This document shows positions 13,216 to 25,570 of a DNA stretch of 64,000 nucleotides, in pieces. The position numbers were made by a program, and so were the translations under genes. Every line of letters starts with the position of its first letter. The stretch's first letter is position 1. The notes under the pieces were generated by a model that searched no databases, had not been told where the DNA came from, and worked only from the letters and a program-made list of their open reading frames with translations. The DNA is from Octopus sinensis (taxonomy: Eukaryota), in contig NC_042997.1 in NCBI RefSeq assembly GCF_006345805.1, forward strand, positions 133,176,001-133,240,000. Reading direction: 5' to 3'.

Positions 13216-13712
13216 TAACATTACATTTAAGAATGACAGCTGGAAATGATTTATCGATTACGCAACAACAGGACTTATAAGATTAAAATGAATATTCCAT
13301 TTTGATAAACATGTGCTGAATTATCGTAGATATAGACACTTTACAAAAACACACGGCGAATATGGTGTGTATTTCATTCTGGTCGCTACAGCAGCTTAAC
13401 TAGAACGGGGAGGGACGGTCCGATCATAGCGACGCTTTTACGGAGAGAACACTTTTGGATCTGCTCTATAAACCTGTATGAGTTCTGGGGTCCAAAAAGG
13501 ATGCAATAAATTCAAAGGCTGCTCTGGATGGCATTCACCGCTGCTACGTCACTACTACTCTACTAGCTTGGTGGCGAGTCTGCTTTGCATAAGGTCTTTC
13601 ACTCATCTAAATTTGAGCAACATCTGTGAAGCAAGGAATATTTTTTCATTCATTTATTTCTTTTAAACAAGAGATAGGAACTGCTTAACAAAACTTTAAG
13701 ATACATCATTAT

Positions 13713-13862
13713 AGGCGCAGGATTAGGTGTGTGGTAAGCAGCTTGCTTACCAACCACACGGTTCTGGGATCAGTCCCTCTGCGTGGTACCTTGTGCAAGT
13801 GTCTTCTACTAAAGCCTTGTGAGTGGACTTGGTAGACGGAAACTGAAAGACGCCCGTCATAT
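13713..13862 (+). mobile_element. SINE family A, 5' part
   Basis: aggcgcaggattaggtgtgtggtaagcagcttgcttaccaacc... to gacgcccgtcat. Confidence 0.8.
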
Positions 13863-14151
13863 ATATATGTATATATAATTATTAATAGGAGGGAATATAA
13901 AATTCAAAGGCAACAGAGGAAAACAAACTCAATTTAGTAATACTAAATCAAATTTCACGATATATTAAATATATATAGAATTAAGAGATAGAACCGCCAT
14001 AAAGTCATTCAATAAATACTGAAAGATATATAAATTTAAATATATTATTATTAACGTTGTACTAAAAATTTCTACACATTAAAACTACTTTATTATTAAC
14101 CTCGTGCTATAAATTTCTATACTATATAATATACATTAAAAATACACATTA

Positions 14152-14257
14152 AAAACGACGACGCACGTTTCGTGACTATGTATACGGATCTACAATATCA
14201 AAATCAAAAATTAAATATTTCTTTGATCCAACGACACATAGCCACTCTTCAGGTTTC
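14152..14257 (-). ncRNA. Type I hammerhead ribozyme with intact core and very long stem II
   Basis: Minus strand: gaaac CTGAAGA gtggctatgtgt...atacatagtcac GAAA cg tgcgt cg TC gtttt. 12-bp stem II base (2 G-U), 3-bp stem III with 5-nt loop, GUC site, 5-bp stem I. Confidence 0.85.
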
Positions 14258-14384
14258 TATAACATAAAATAAATTTACAACATAGATGAAGACGTTATAA
14301 TTACACTATACTCTATAAATAATTGATAAGATTTAACAATATTAAAGAAAAGTATGAGCATGACTTATTGAGTCTTAATAAGAC

Positions 14385-15290
14385 TTCTAATATAGGATAA
14401 CATTTTTTCAAAAAACTTCATCAAGCGGCCAGCATAATAAAGCACCTTTTAAGGTGAATATTTTAAACAATTATAAATAAGGGCAAAAGAAACAAATTCT
14501 ATGATAATATGCTGAAAAACAGACTTTAAGTCATCAATCACCACATTCAATATATTAATCCAGAAATCGTTCGATATAGAGATTTTAAAAAATTCTGTTT
14601 GCTTGGTTTCCTCGATTTAACACGATATCTATTTATAATGATATATATTGTATATGGTGATTGAAGATTTAAAGTCTAATTTTTTCTTTTGCCCTTATAA
14701 TTGTTTATAATATTCACCTTAAAAGGTATTTTAATATGCTGGCCACTTGATGAAATGTTTTTGAAAAAAGAATTATCCTATAAGAAGTAAATTTATAACC
14801 ATTCACTTCGAGATTGGTGACCACTCTAAGTTGTGGTTCCTGCCCGATTACACGTGTGTTGAGGCTTACTACGAATTTATATTTAGATATATTTGGGGTA
14901 CTTATAAGTACACATGACTATCCTTCTGCTTTTTTTCCATGGGTGCTTGTAAACATTTAATTTATTTCTTATAGTATTCCCTACTGATGAGTGGAAAAAT
15001 CCGTTGGATTAATCCCCAAATCGTTCGATATAGAGATAACGCATTTTATAAAAAATTATTTTAGCTAGCTTTCCTCGATTCAACATGATGTGTATTTATA
15101 GTGATATATTTATTACATGTGGTGATTGACGATTTAAAGTCTACTTCTCAGCATATTGGGATTGAATTTTTTCTTTTGCCTTTATTTATAATTGTTTATA
15201 ATATTCACCTTAAAAGGTATTTTAATATGGTGGCCACTTGATGAAATTTTTTGAAAAAATGTTATCCTATATTAGAAATATAAATATATA
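14385..15290. repeat. PLE-terminal/retrozyme-like array: 454-nt direct repeat plus an inverted copy
   Basis: aaatcgttcgatatagag at 14564 and 15018. The gtggtgattga...cttttgcc.tt...caccttaaaaggt...ttatcctata block lies at about 14655-14785 and 15118-15285 (+) and 14385-14550 (-). Confidence 0.8.
14976..15037 (+). ncRNA. Degenerate type I hammerhead
   Basis: attcccta CTGATGA gtgga...tccc (c)AAA tcg tt cga TA tagagat. G12 is lost here, but the repeat at 14563 retains GAAA tcgttcga TA tagag. Confidence 0.6.
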
Positions 15291-15319
15291 TATATATCTA
15301 TATATATATATATATATAT

Positions 15320-15443
15320 ACAATTGCAGCGTGGAAGGTGTTTGTAAGCCATTTAAGAAACACACAAAAGCCGCTCGATTCACTTCAACAGGCTTTTGTG
15401 TGTTTCTTAAATGGCTTACAAACACCTTCCACGCTGCAATTGT
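15320..15443. repeat. Perfect inverted repeat, 53-bp arms, 18-nt spacer
   Basis: acaattgcagcgtggaagg...cacacaaaagcc / ggcttttgtgtg...ccacgctgcaattgt. Confidence 0.97.
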
Positions 15444-15499
15444 TTTCGTTCCAGCACACGATCTCAGATCAAATCACTTGCTATGCAAGTACATCTCCG

Positions 15500-15543
<44 letters not shown>

Positions 15544-15545
<2 letters not shown>

Positions 15546-15680
15546 AGAGAGTTTACGAAAATAACGAAAGACAAAGACAGCTGGTGTACAAAACAAACAA
15601 ATGTATTAGTATAACGCTCAGGAATAGAAAAAATATTTTACGTTTCGAGCCTACAGAAAGGGACACAGAAAAAAACAAGG
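15544..15680 (-). mobile_element. Family P1 unit, hammerhead region internally deleted
   Basis: gacgaag..caggtggtgtacaaaacaaac..atgtattagtataacgctcagg homology; acgtttcgagcctac|agaaaggg deletion at ctac microhomology. Confidence 0.75.
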
Positions 15681-15768
15681 AGAGAAAAAAACGGAGGGGA
15701 AAAAAGGTGAGAAAAAAAGGAGAGAAAAAATGAGAGAAAAAAAGGAAAGAAGAAAAGGAGAGAAAAAA

Positions 15769-15803
<35 letters not shown>

Positions 15804-16911
15804 CTTCATACGCTCTCTGTTGGCACACCAGGCTAACAATATTAGATTAGTGAAGAACACCAGGTAATCTTTTGGTAGGCTCGAAGGTTATGGTTCATCA
15901 CAATTCTATATTGTAAATCTGTGGGTTGGCTCAAGCAAAATATTTTTTATAAAATGATATATAAGATACAAGTTAAAAATAATGGTCATCACATATAATT
16001 CCTTTATTAGAGCAAATTTGGCTTACTGCTGTTTCCAGTAGTCATTATAGGTACATTACTGATGGGTTTACCCAAATCGTCTATTGATCAACTGAAGAAA
16101 ATTGAATGGCCTAATAAAATTAATGCCACTTTCGTCAGCGCCATTTCTGGTTATAACAAGCAGAGCGCTGAAGGAATGGGCTATTTTATGGGGAAGGTGG
16201 GAGAAGATGGAAATATTCAAGTAGATTAGAGAACAGAGGAAGACAGATTACAAAGGGAGTGGAAGTAGGTAAGGATAGTATAGTAGTCATTTACTAGAAG
16301 TGTGAACATCGTATTGCCAGTGCTCTGCTTGTTATAACGAGAAATTGCTCTTACGAAAATAGTATTGATTTTCTTAGGTGGTTCAATTTTCCTCAATGGG
16401 CTTCAACATAGTTTTCGTCTACCACCTTCACTCAGAAGTCATTTAAGATAATTACTAAAGTCTTGTACGCAGCCTATAAAACCTTGTACAACATTTCTGC
16501 GTCCTTTAGTTTTGCCAACATCAAAGAACAACTGACCTGATAGCATCCTATTTTTAAAAGCATAACATTTCATTAATTAAGAACTTTAAAAAAATTAATA
16601 AGAAACTTTTTACTGCTTCAAAGACCATGAAATTGCAAGAGAAATATATACTTGACATAACGTCTATTAACATTAAACAAATCTCAGTTACTCTATATTT
16701 CACGCCACAAGCTTAAACAACGGTCTTCTACAGATATATTAAGATAAATTATTCAATTGACCTGGAAAACTTAATATATTAATAAGTGTTTCATATAAAA
16801 TAGGTTAATATCTATTTTTACCAACAGCGCGTGAAAATAACTGATAGTCCGTTGTTTTGGGGAACATTGAAAGTATTGTTCAGGAATGAATACTATACAG
16901 AAGTGTATGTA

Positions 16912-17132
16912 TGTGTTTAGAGCGAAACACCTAAGCTCCACGCGGCTCCGGTAAGAAGGTAATGGCGAACTTCTGCTGACTCTTTCGCCACAACTTTCTC
17001 TCACTCTTTCCTCCTGCATCTTGAGGGCTCACCTGCGACAGACCGGCATCCCGTCCAGGTGGGGAACCTATACGCCTAGGAAACCGGGAAACCGGCCCTA
17101 ATGAGTCAGGCATGGCTCGAGAAGGAACAAAC
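16912..17132 (+). mobile_element. SINE family C, headless
   Basis: Near-complement of 22770-22980. Confidence 0.8.
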
Positions 17133-17272
17133 ATAATTAAGTCTACATGCGTGTACATGTTTATGAGTGTTCTACACATATATGATCGTGTGTGCATGCT
17201 TATATAAGTACATGTGGATTGTTGGCGAATTTTTCCTCTGTCTTCCTTTTCTCTAGGACATTCCCCTGTCTC

Positions 17273-17311
17273 TTGTTTCTGAAGAAGAGCTTTGCTCGAA
17301 ACGTAAAACAA
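17273..17311 (+). ncRNA. Minimal type I hammerhead (palindromic stem III, PLE type)
   Basis: ttgttt CTGAAGA a gagc ttt gctc GAAA cgTA aaacaa. 6-bp stem I, 4-bp stem II, AC/GU stem III. Confidence 0.8.
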
Positions 17312-17487
17312 CACCCTTTCTTTCTTTCCCTGAGCGTCTTTTAATACTCTGTTGTTTTTGTCTTGTGTTTTTTCTTCGTTGTTTTTTTGGGGGATTAACT
17401 ATATATATCAGAACGTAAAATATCTTTAATTAAATAACAATATGGTCAATGAGGTAACGGTTGTACCAATCCATCAGTCTTATTTAC

Positions 17488-17522
<35 letters not shown>

Positions 17523-17648
17523 TATATATATATATATTTATATATATAGTTAATCCAAACATGAAAACACAGAGAGAAAACACAACAACGCGAGGACGTG
17601 GAACAAGTATAGTGTTATTGGGCGCGCAGGAAAGGAAAGAAAGAAGGA

Positions 17649-17687
17649 GGATTTAACGTTTCGAACGTTGCTCTTCGTCAGAAACAC
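17649..17687 (-). ncRNA. Minimal type I hammerhead (PLE type)
   Basis: Minus strand: gtgttt CTGACGA a gagc aac gttc GAAA cgTT aaatcc. 4-bp stem I. Confidence 0.7.
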
Positions 17688-17752
17688 AGAAAAAGGAAAG
17701 ATCCAAGGAAGGGAATACGGAGAAAGAAAATCCCAACGATACACACGCGGTC

Positions 17753-17829
<77 letters not shown>

Positions 17830-18399
17830 ATGTGTGTGTGTGTGTGTGTGTGTAATATCGAACAATGAGTGCTCGACACCACGTTAGATAAACCGATGAT
17901 TCCATGTGATAGATTTGATAATTAGTGAGGCATACATTAACACACAAATAAATAATATATATATTCGTGTTGTGTGTGTGTGAGAGAGTGAGTGAGTGAG
18001 TGAGTGAGTGAGTGAGTGAGTGAGTGAGTGAGTGAGTGAGTAAGTGAGTGAGTCTGGTGTATGGAAGTTGCTGGTGTGTGTGTATGAGTGTGCGTGTGTG
18101 TGGACAGTCAGAAGAGTACTCTGTACCACAGCAGAGGTTTATAGTCATACATACATGTTGTATACAGCCTGGAACAATATTTACAACGCTCCCCCCATGC
18201 AACACGTTTTCAGTAACCTTAATGTGTTCTTCATTCAAATACATATTAAGCACATTAGCCACCCTGTGATAATTTTATTTGAATAAAAACTTGAAATTAG
18301 GCATACCTATCGCCTATATGTAACTACCTAAATATCTAATTATTGAACTAACTATGGATCTGTCAGCGTATATATAGATATATCAGCCTACAAAGCAAT

Positions 18400-18647
18400 C
18401 TTTCTAACGATCCCTATTGATCAATTCCCCCCCCTTTTTTAACCCCCCTTTTTTGTCCTCTTTCTCTCCTTTTACGATCCCTTTTGATTGACCCCCCCTT
18501 TTATTATTATTTTTTTATTTTTATTTTTATTTTTTTTTTACCTTCAAAAGAAAAGATCTACCTTGTAATTTGTTCTATCTGTGTGCAGCCCTGTGTGGCT
18601 AATAAAGAAACATATCTATCTATCTATCTATCTATCTATATATATAC

Positions 18648-18695
<48 letters not shown>

Positions 18696-18960
18696 TATAT
18701 ATTATATATATATATATATATTATATACATATATCATATAATATATAACTGTCTCAGGGATGATTCACTTTCTTCTGTGATACACGATCCCTATGATCGG
18801 CCCCACTTTATTTTCTTTCACGATCCCTTTTGATCGGAATTCGACTCCTTCTTATTTTTCTTCTTTCTTTCTCTTCTTCCCAAAAAGAAAAGCTTTACTT
18901 TGTATTTTGTTCCTTCTATGTTCAGCCCTGTGTGGCCAATAAAGAAATCTATCTGTCTGT
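18400..18960 (+). mobile_element. Two tandem retroposon 3'-tail fragments ending aataaagaaa + (TATC)n
   Basis: acgatcccttttgat repeats and aaaagaaaag...cagccctgtgtgg.caataaagaaa at about 18540-18620 and 18880-18950. Confidence 0.5.
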
Positions 18961-19119
18961 CTGTCTGTCTATCATCTCTGTGTACAGCTGTATACGTATG
19001 AAAATCTAGTTTATATTGATAGTTATATGGGTGGCGAACACAAGCAGTGGCCTCCTAATCATCTGCAAATCCATCTATCTGTCCGTCTGTCTAATTTATT
19101 CCTCCCGCCCACCCATCTG

Positions 19120-19176
<57 letters not shown>

Positions 19177-19230
19177 ATCTATCTATATCTATCTATCTAT
19201 CCATCCATCCATCATCTATCTATCTATTCG

Positions 19231-19293
<63 letters not shown>

Positions 19294-19989
19294 AGTTACA
19301 AGATAAGCGGTGAGTAAGGCATCTAATCTATTCTTCTTGTCTGTCCATATGGAAGATGGTGATAAGTCATCGGTTATACTTCCGGTGATAATATAAGATA
19401 TAAGTAAAATGGACTAGATGGAGATGGTGGCGTTGATGATAGCATTGTCAAGATGTGGTCAGGATAGGGTAATTAAAGGAGGAGGAGGTTCTCATGGTGT
19501 TGGTGATGGTGGTGGTGGTGGTGGTGGTGGTGAGTGGTTGGTTCGTTATTGTTACTGTGGTGATGGCGCTTATAGCTGTAACAAATAAATAAAGCAAAGG
19601 TAATTGTATGTGATTGTATAATATATATTTATATCACTTGAGGCATTAATTGTGTGTGTGTGTATATGTATATATATATATATACACACATACATACATA
19701 CATACATACATACATACATACATACATACATACATACATACATACATACACATATGTATCTATGCATGTGCCTATTCAAATGGTGGCACTTACCAAACTA
19801 GTCACGTTTCTGTTGAAATTTGAAATCATCAGAGTGGAAATGAAAGGATTAAATTCGGGGCTTATAGTTTGTAAGTTTGAAGGTGTGTGGTATAGCAGTT
19901 TGCAATTTAATACTGGGCAATATAGCGTGGAATTTTTAGTTGTACGAGGGAAGAGGATATAGGAACGGTGTTAGGGACAGTGTTTAAAT

Positions 19990-21000
19990 AACTGAGCTTC
20001 AGATAGAAAAAAAGAATAAAGAAAAAGATAGGAAAATATAGAAAAGTCTGTTGTTTGAAATATGCTGACCTATAGGACATTGAAGAGGTGGTAAAAGTAA
20101 AATGACCCATTGGATAGGATTGGAGTGCCTGTGTTCAGCCCACCACAAGACGAAGGCTCCAGCATGTTCCTTACACCAAAAATAGGCTGTAAATTTGAGC
20201 TTGAGACCATACTGGTTAGATGAGCCTACTCTGTCACTCTGGCTCGACATTGCAGAAGGGTGCAGTTTTTATACTCATACCCAAGAGTAGTTAAACCGAT
20301 TAACATCGACCCCAGTGCTTAACAGTAACTTACTTTATTGACCCCGAAATGATAAAAGACCATAGCTGTCTTCAATTAAAAAACAAATTCCCCAGACTTT
20401 ATGTGGGATGATTAAAGTCTATATGGTGTACAAATGTAGGATCGCAAGCGAGGGCAACACCAATATAGAATATGCTAAAATGGCTGACAGTTTATCCTTT
20501 CGAAATAAGAAATGATGAATAAGAGGAAAAATACTGTTGTTTGAAATTGGCTGATTTGTCAGAGCTCATTGCGTTAAAGCAAGGCAGGTGTTGGGGTTTG
20601 GTGAGGAATAAGGGTGAAATAAATATCAGAGATGCTTTGGCCTTCGTAGAAATTGCAGGAGATACTTAAAGATATTGCAAGCTTTTCTGATAGTAACTGA
20701 GGGTTAGATTACCCTTCCTTGTCTTCAGCAGGTATCTCAGATCATAAGCATGTCACTCCTACACTTGAGTGGGACAGTAAGAACTGAATTTGCCTCCGAC
20801 TTGGAAGGGTTCCATCTCTAGTCTTTTGTTAACCACAATGGTCTCAACTGCCAGGTCTATTTCCTTGGTAGAGATAGACAAGGCAGCTGAATTATTTCAG
20901 ATTTCAGTTGCTTACGTTTCAAAGTATTCTCTAGCAGATAAGACACCATCGATATCGCTGTAAGACTGTTGTAGCTGATTTTAGCAGGAAATGAAGCTGC
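19990..21000 (-). pseudogene. Possible heavily decayed L1/Tx1-like ORF2 3' region
   Basis: Weak motif ..LLQCRARVTE*AHL..MVS resembling the Tx1 C-terminal H..(F/L).C region. Otherwise uninterpretable. Confidence 0.3.
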
Positions 21001-21502
21001 GTTCCTAAACCTTGGCCTTTTCCAGTTGGTGAGAAATGTGAAGTGTCTCCTGTTCTAAAACAAATCTAATAAAACTGGAAAACAGATGGGAAATAGGTAG
21101 TAGACGACACAATTTTATTGAAACATAAAAGAGAAGGTGAATATTTAAAAATAAAAAAAATAAAAAGCCTCCATAAAAATACTGATAAAGAAATAGTAAA
21201 TAAAATAATATAAAAAATAAATGAAAATTGATTAAAATAAAATGAAACTACAACAGAGGAATAAAGCAAAGGCTAGACTTCATCTTTTAAAATGGTGGTT
21301 ATGTTAAAAAAAATCATTAACTTGTCCATATATTAATACGTTTATAAGTACATAAACAGATAAACCTAGACTTTATAAATGTGCGTGAATGTGCGTGTGC
21401 GTGACTGTGTTAGGGTGCGTGTGTGTATGTTTATATGTATACGTATATCAGTGTATATATGTATATATGCATGTGTCTATATATACAAATGTACATCTTT
21501 TG

Positions 21503-21533
<31 letters not shown>

Positions 21534-21591
21534 ACACACATACACACACAGATATATATATATACAGCATATATATAAAAAAATATAATAT

Positions 21592-21642
<51 letters not shown>

Positions 21643-21662
21643 ATATATAAATACACACACAA

Positions 21663-21706
<44 letters not shown>

Positions 21707-21889
21707 CATAAAATATACCCCCATAAAAAGTTATGTAAAGTACATATATGACATGCTTTTGTATATGTACGCACACACATATACACACATGCATATGTAT
21801 ATCCATGTATATGTACACATCCATATGTAAATATATATATGGATATATATATATATGTATATTATATATATGTATATATATACATAAGT

Positions 21890-22035
<146 letters not shown>

Positions 22036-22512
22036 ATATGTAGACCGAATTGCTTTTGAAAGTCATAATACACTAATTTTGTCTTACATCAAATTCATTA
22101 TTCAGAAGGGTCTTAACATTTGGACCACCCCTCCCATCTGACCACAACACACTTTTTTCCCCCACTTCGTTTCCTAATAACGCCTCTTCCATCCTCGTGA
22201 GCATGCTTTCTCTTTTTCTGTCAGTCTGTCTGCCTGTCTTGTCTCCTTCGGTTCTCTCTCAGTCTTTCTCCCTTTCCCTCTCTCCCTAGTGACATTCTTT
22301 ATTGTACCTATGACGCTAACCTGCCACATTTCTTTTATTTACTGCCAAAATTCCCAAAACTTTCAACAATACCCATTATTCCCTTTAGTTAACATTAATT
22401 TTCGTCAAAAATTGCTTGATACGTAGATGTAAGGTTAGTTTATTATTTATAACTTCAGTAGTTGAAAAAGCGGTTTAAGGCAAAACACGAGGTTCCATTC
22501 AGATCGCACACG

Positions 22513-22555
<43 letters not shown>

Positions 22556-22769
22556 TCATGCATACATAGAATTGGACACAGACTCCACAAGGCATGCAAA
22601 CATATATACGTATATACAAACAAATATGCATATATACAGGTATACAAATACATTTATATACACGTGAACCTGTAAATATGTACAAATATATAGAAAAGGC
22701 ATAGAAAACAGCTTGTTCAATATCCATACAGGTATACATTTATGTGCATACGGACTGGAAGTTTGTTCC

Positions 22770-23065
22770 TTCCCCAGCCACGCATGGCTCATTAGGGCCG
22801 GTTTCCCGGTTCCCTTGGCGTATAGGTTTCTCACCTGGATGGGACGCCGGTCCGTCGCAGGCGAGCTGCAAGATGCAAGAGGAAAGAGTGAGAGAAAGTT
22901 GTGGCGAAAGAGTCAGCAGAAGTTCGCCATTACCTTCTTGCCGGAGCCGGGTGGAGCTTAGGTGTTTCGCTCATAAACAGACACATCGCCCGGTCTGAGA
23001 TTCGAACCCACGATCCCTCGACCGCAAGCCCGCTGCTCTAACCACTAGGCCATGTGCGTCCACCA
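22770..23065 (-). mobile_element. SINE family C, full length
   Basis: tRNA-like head at 22990-23065 (reverse of ggacgcacatggcctagtggttagagcagcgggcttgcggtcgaggg atcgtgggttcgaatc) and 3' module. Confidence 0.85.
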
Positions 23066-23107
23066 CGGACTGGTAATATAAAGTACTTGGCTCAAAGCGG
23101 TGATTTA

Positions 23108-23325
23108 AGGCGGCGAGCTGGCAGAATAATTACTGCGCCGGACAAAATACCGAGCAATTTTTCTTTCGAATTTACGTTCGGTGTTCAAAGTCCACGCGGG
23201 GTCAACTTTGCATTTCATCCATTCGGGGTCGATAAAACAAGCAACACTGGCGGCAGAGTAGTCCAGTCACCCAACTCCAATGAAATTGCTGGCGTAGTGT
23301 CAAAATATGAAAACAATAGGAAGCA
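23108..23325 (+). mobile_element. SINE family B variant
   Basis: ggcggcgagctggcagaa head and caactttgcatttcatccattcggggtcgataaaa domain. Confidence 0.75.
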
Positions 23326-24599
23326 CAAGTTTTAAAGGATAAAGCTAATACAAATTGACATAAGGCGATACAATATGTTATAATATGGCATTTAATATAA
23401 TTAATCGTGTCATGTATGCAGAACAACAGTAATTATTGGAAGTGATATACAGTTAAAATTATATATATGGCGTACTAATTAGTGTTAAAAGAGGTTCGTG
23501 ACTTATGATACAACGATTAAGTTCAAGATGTATTAGATGGTGGATAATATACAATGGAGTAATGGGACAGAATTTAAGTCATAAGATAGGAAGATACGAA
23601 TTAATTATATTGGTGATGACATTAAATGTAAATGGAAGACACAATAAAATGCAGGCGTGGTTGTACGTTTAAGAAGTTCATTACAGAACCACCTGATTTC
23701 GGGTTTAGATGAAATGCGCATCGCATTGGTCAAGTATAGGTAGTATAGCCCCATAATATTAATATTATATATAATATAATATCAATATATAATTTAGAGA
23801 TAAATAACATGTGTCTCATCATTATGTTATAATTTTTCAAATTCACCGCGCAAGCGCAGTTTCAGTCGGCAGTAAATGAAAAATGCAAAACTGATCTTCG
23901 AAATGCTAAAATCATATACGTGAAATATATAGGGCCACGAATATTTTTAGAAATTCCTCTACCAGTGGCCTAGCCTGTATAAAAAGTCTATAGACAACAT
24001 ATTCTCAATTTTAAATAGTGTACATTTAAACATAAGAGAAACTACCTTTAACAGGTAGGTTTACACGCTAGAAGAAGCAGTCAAAACGACCAAACCCACA
24101 TTTAAGAGCATATATATATATATATATATATATATTGTAAATCACGTAGTTACAACAACAAAAATTAATGGACTGCATGTAAATTAACAGAAGTTACTGC
24201 GAGGAGGAGAAATATCTTATCCTCAGTAATTCATGGGAAGTATTTATCCCAACAGAGATAAATTTATCCAAAGTTGTTTGACGTTTCTTAATGGCTTGCT
24301 GTCGGAACCGGGTTCATTATGAACTCCAATTTATCTTTCCTTTTCTTTTTTTCTTTTTTCTTTTTGTAGCTTTCATGATTATGATTGTTAATATTAAGGA
24401 CGTGCAATTTTCTTCCCTAAATGCCACTATATAAACCATTTTCATTGCAACGAACTGATGTGGAGTGGCAGGGATTTCTTTATCCAGTTCTTACCTTGCA
24501 CGTTTCCTTTGTTCTAAAAGCATCACCCCCTAATTAGAGAAGCTTCCTCTGTATAAAGCTCCTAAAACTGAAGTACATTGTTACTACGACTTCTGTCAG

Positions 24600-25570
24600 C
24601 GCATTAGCTTCTGTCTGTGTGACAACATTTTACTCAATTAGTGGAAACTTATCGCTGATGAGAAACGTATGATGCCAGGTACTATCTGGCCATTTGTGTT
24701 TCAAAACAACATTTCATAGCTGAGGGCTTCCCTTCATTCTGTGCACTCATAATCAACTGTTGATGTGTTTCTCCCATCAGCTGTTTTTGAGCAGTTCCAA
24801 CATTCTCAGATAACATGCCTTGAAGATATCTATCACACTTCGATCCATTCTCTGGAGCAAATCTGTGTTTGGGACAAGATATTTGCCTTGACTTGCACAT
24901 TATCAGAAAAATAATTTGAGGTTACTTGATAGTTTGGTACATTGTCTAAGAGGAGCAATACTTGATTGGAGCTATTAAGTTTGGTACTACAGGGCCAAAA
25001 ATTTCGTAAACCAGACTTGAAAATGATTCTTCCTCACCTAAATCTTACTTGAACGCCGAATCACGAGCAGTTTAAACTCAACATAGTCTGTGAAAATCCT
25101 TAGATTTTAGGTGTGATACGCAAGTAGGTGCTTAAATTACACATTATCAGCAGCTTTTCCTCCCAGAGCGATGTTTAGAATCAGCATATCCTGTTGTCGA
25201 TATTTTCATCACTAGAAAAAAACGAAGACCCAACATGAGTGTGCTTCCAGAATTATACAGTATTTTCAAAATTGTGTCTTCTGGTGTGTAGCTTCATTTG
25301 CCTATCGCGTTCATTAGTTTCTTAAATAATTATTAGCACCTTCTGTATCAACGCTGAAAGCTTCACTGATCAATTTAATGATGCGCAAATTAAAGCGTCT
25401 CTTACAATTGTCAAACCAATCTTTACAAGACATAAACCATTTTACATGAGAAATTGCACCGTCAAATAAGCTTTTAAATTTCGTTTGACTGACGTTGCGT
25501 TTTTCGGCAAATTACGTCCTGCTTGATTGCCGATACACACACTCAGGAACCGTTCCATATTTTACATTAT
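24600..25570 (-). pseudogene. Tigger/pogo (CENP-B-like DDE) transposase remnant
   Basis: FMSCKDWFDNCKRRFNLRIIKLISEAFSVD; LLLLDNVPNY; LVPNTDLLQRMDRSVIDIFKACY. Frameshifted. TIRs not found. Confidence 0.75.

Noticed and set aside
15850-16150. Possible APE endonuclease fragment on the minus strand
   Set aside because: Only a marginal PT..LVFFTN-like match across a frameshift.
19790-19845. CTGATGA...GAAACGT on the minus strand
   Set aside because: No stem I or stem II pairing and G at position 17, so likely chance.
20685-20735. CTGAAGA...GAAAAGCTT on the minus strand
   Set aside because: Stem II does not close and position 17 is G.
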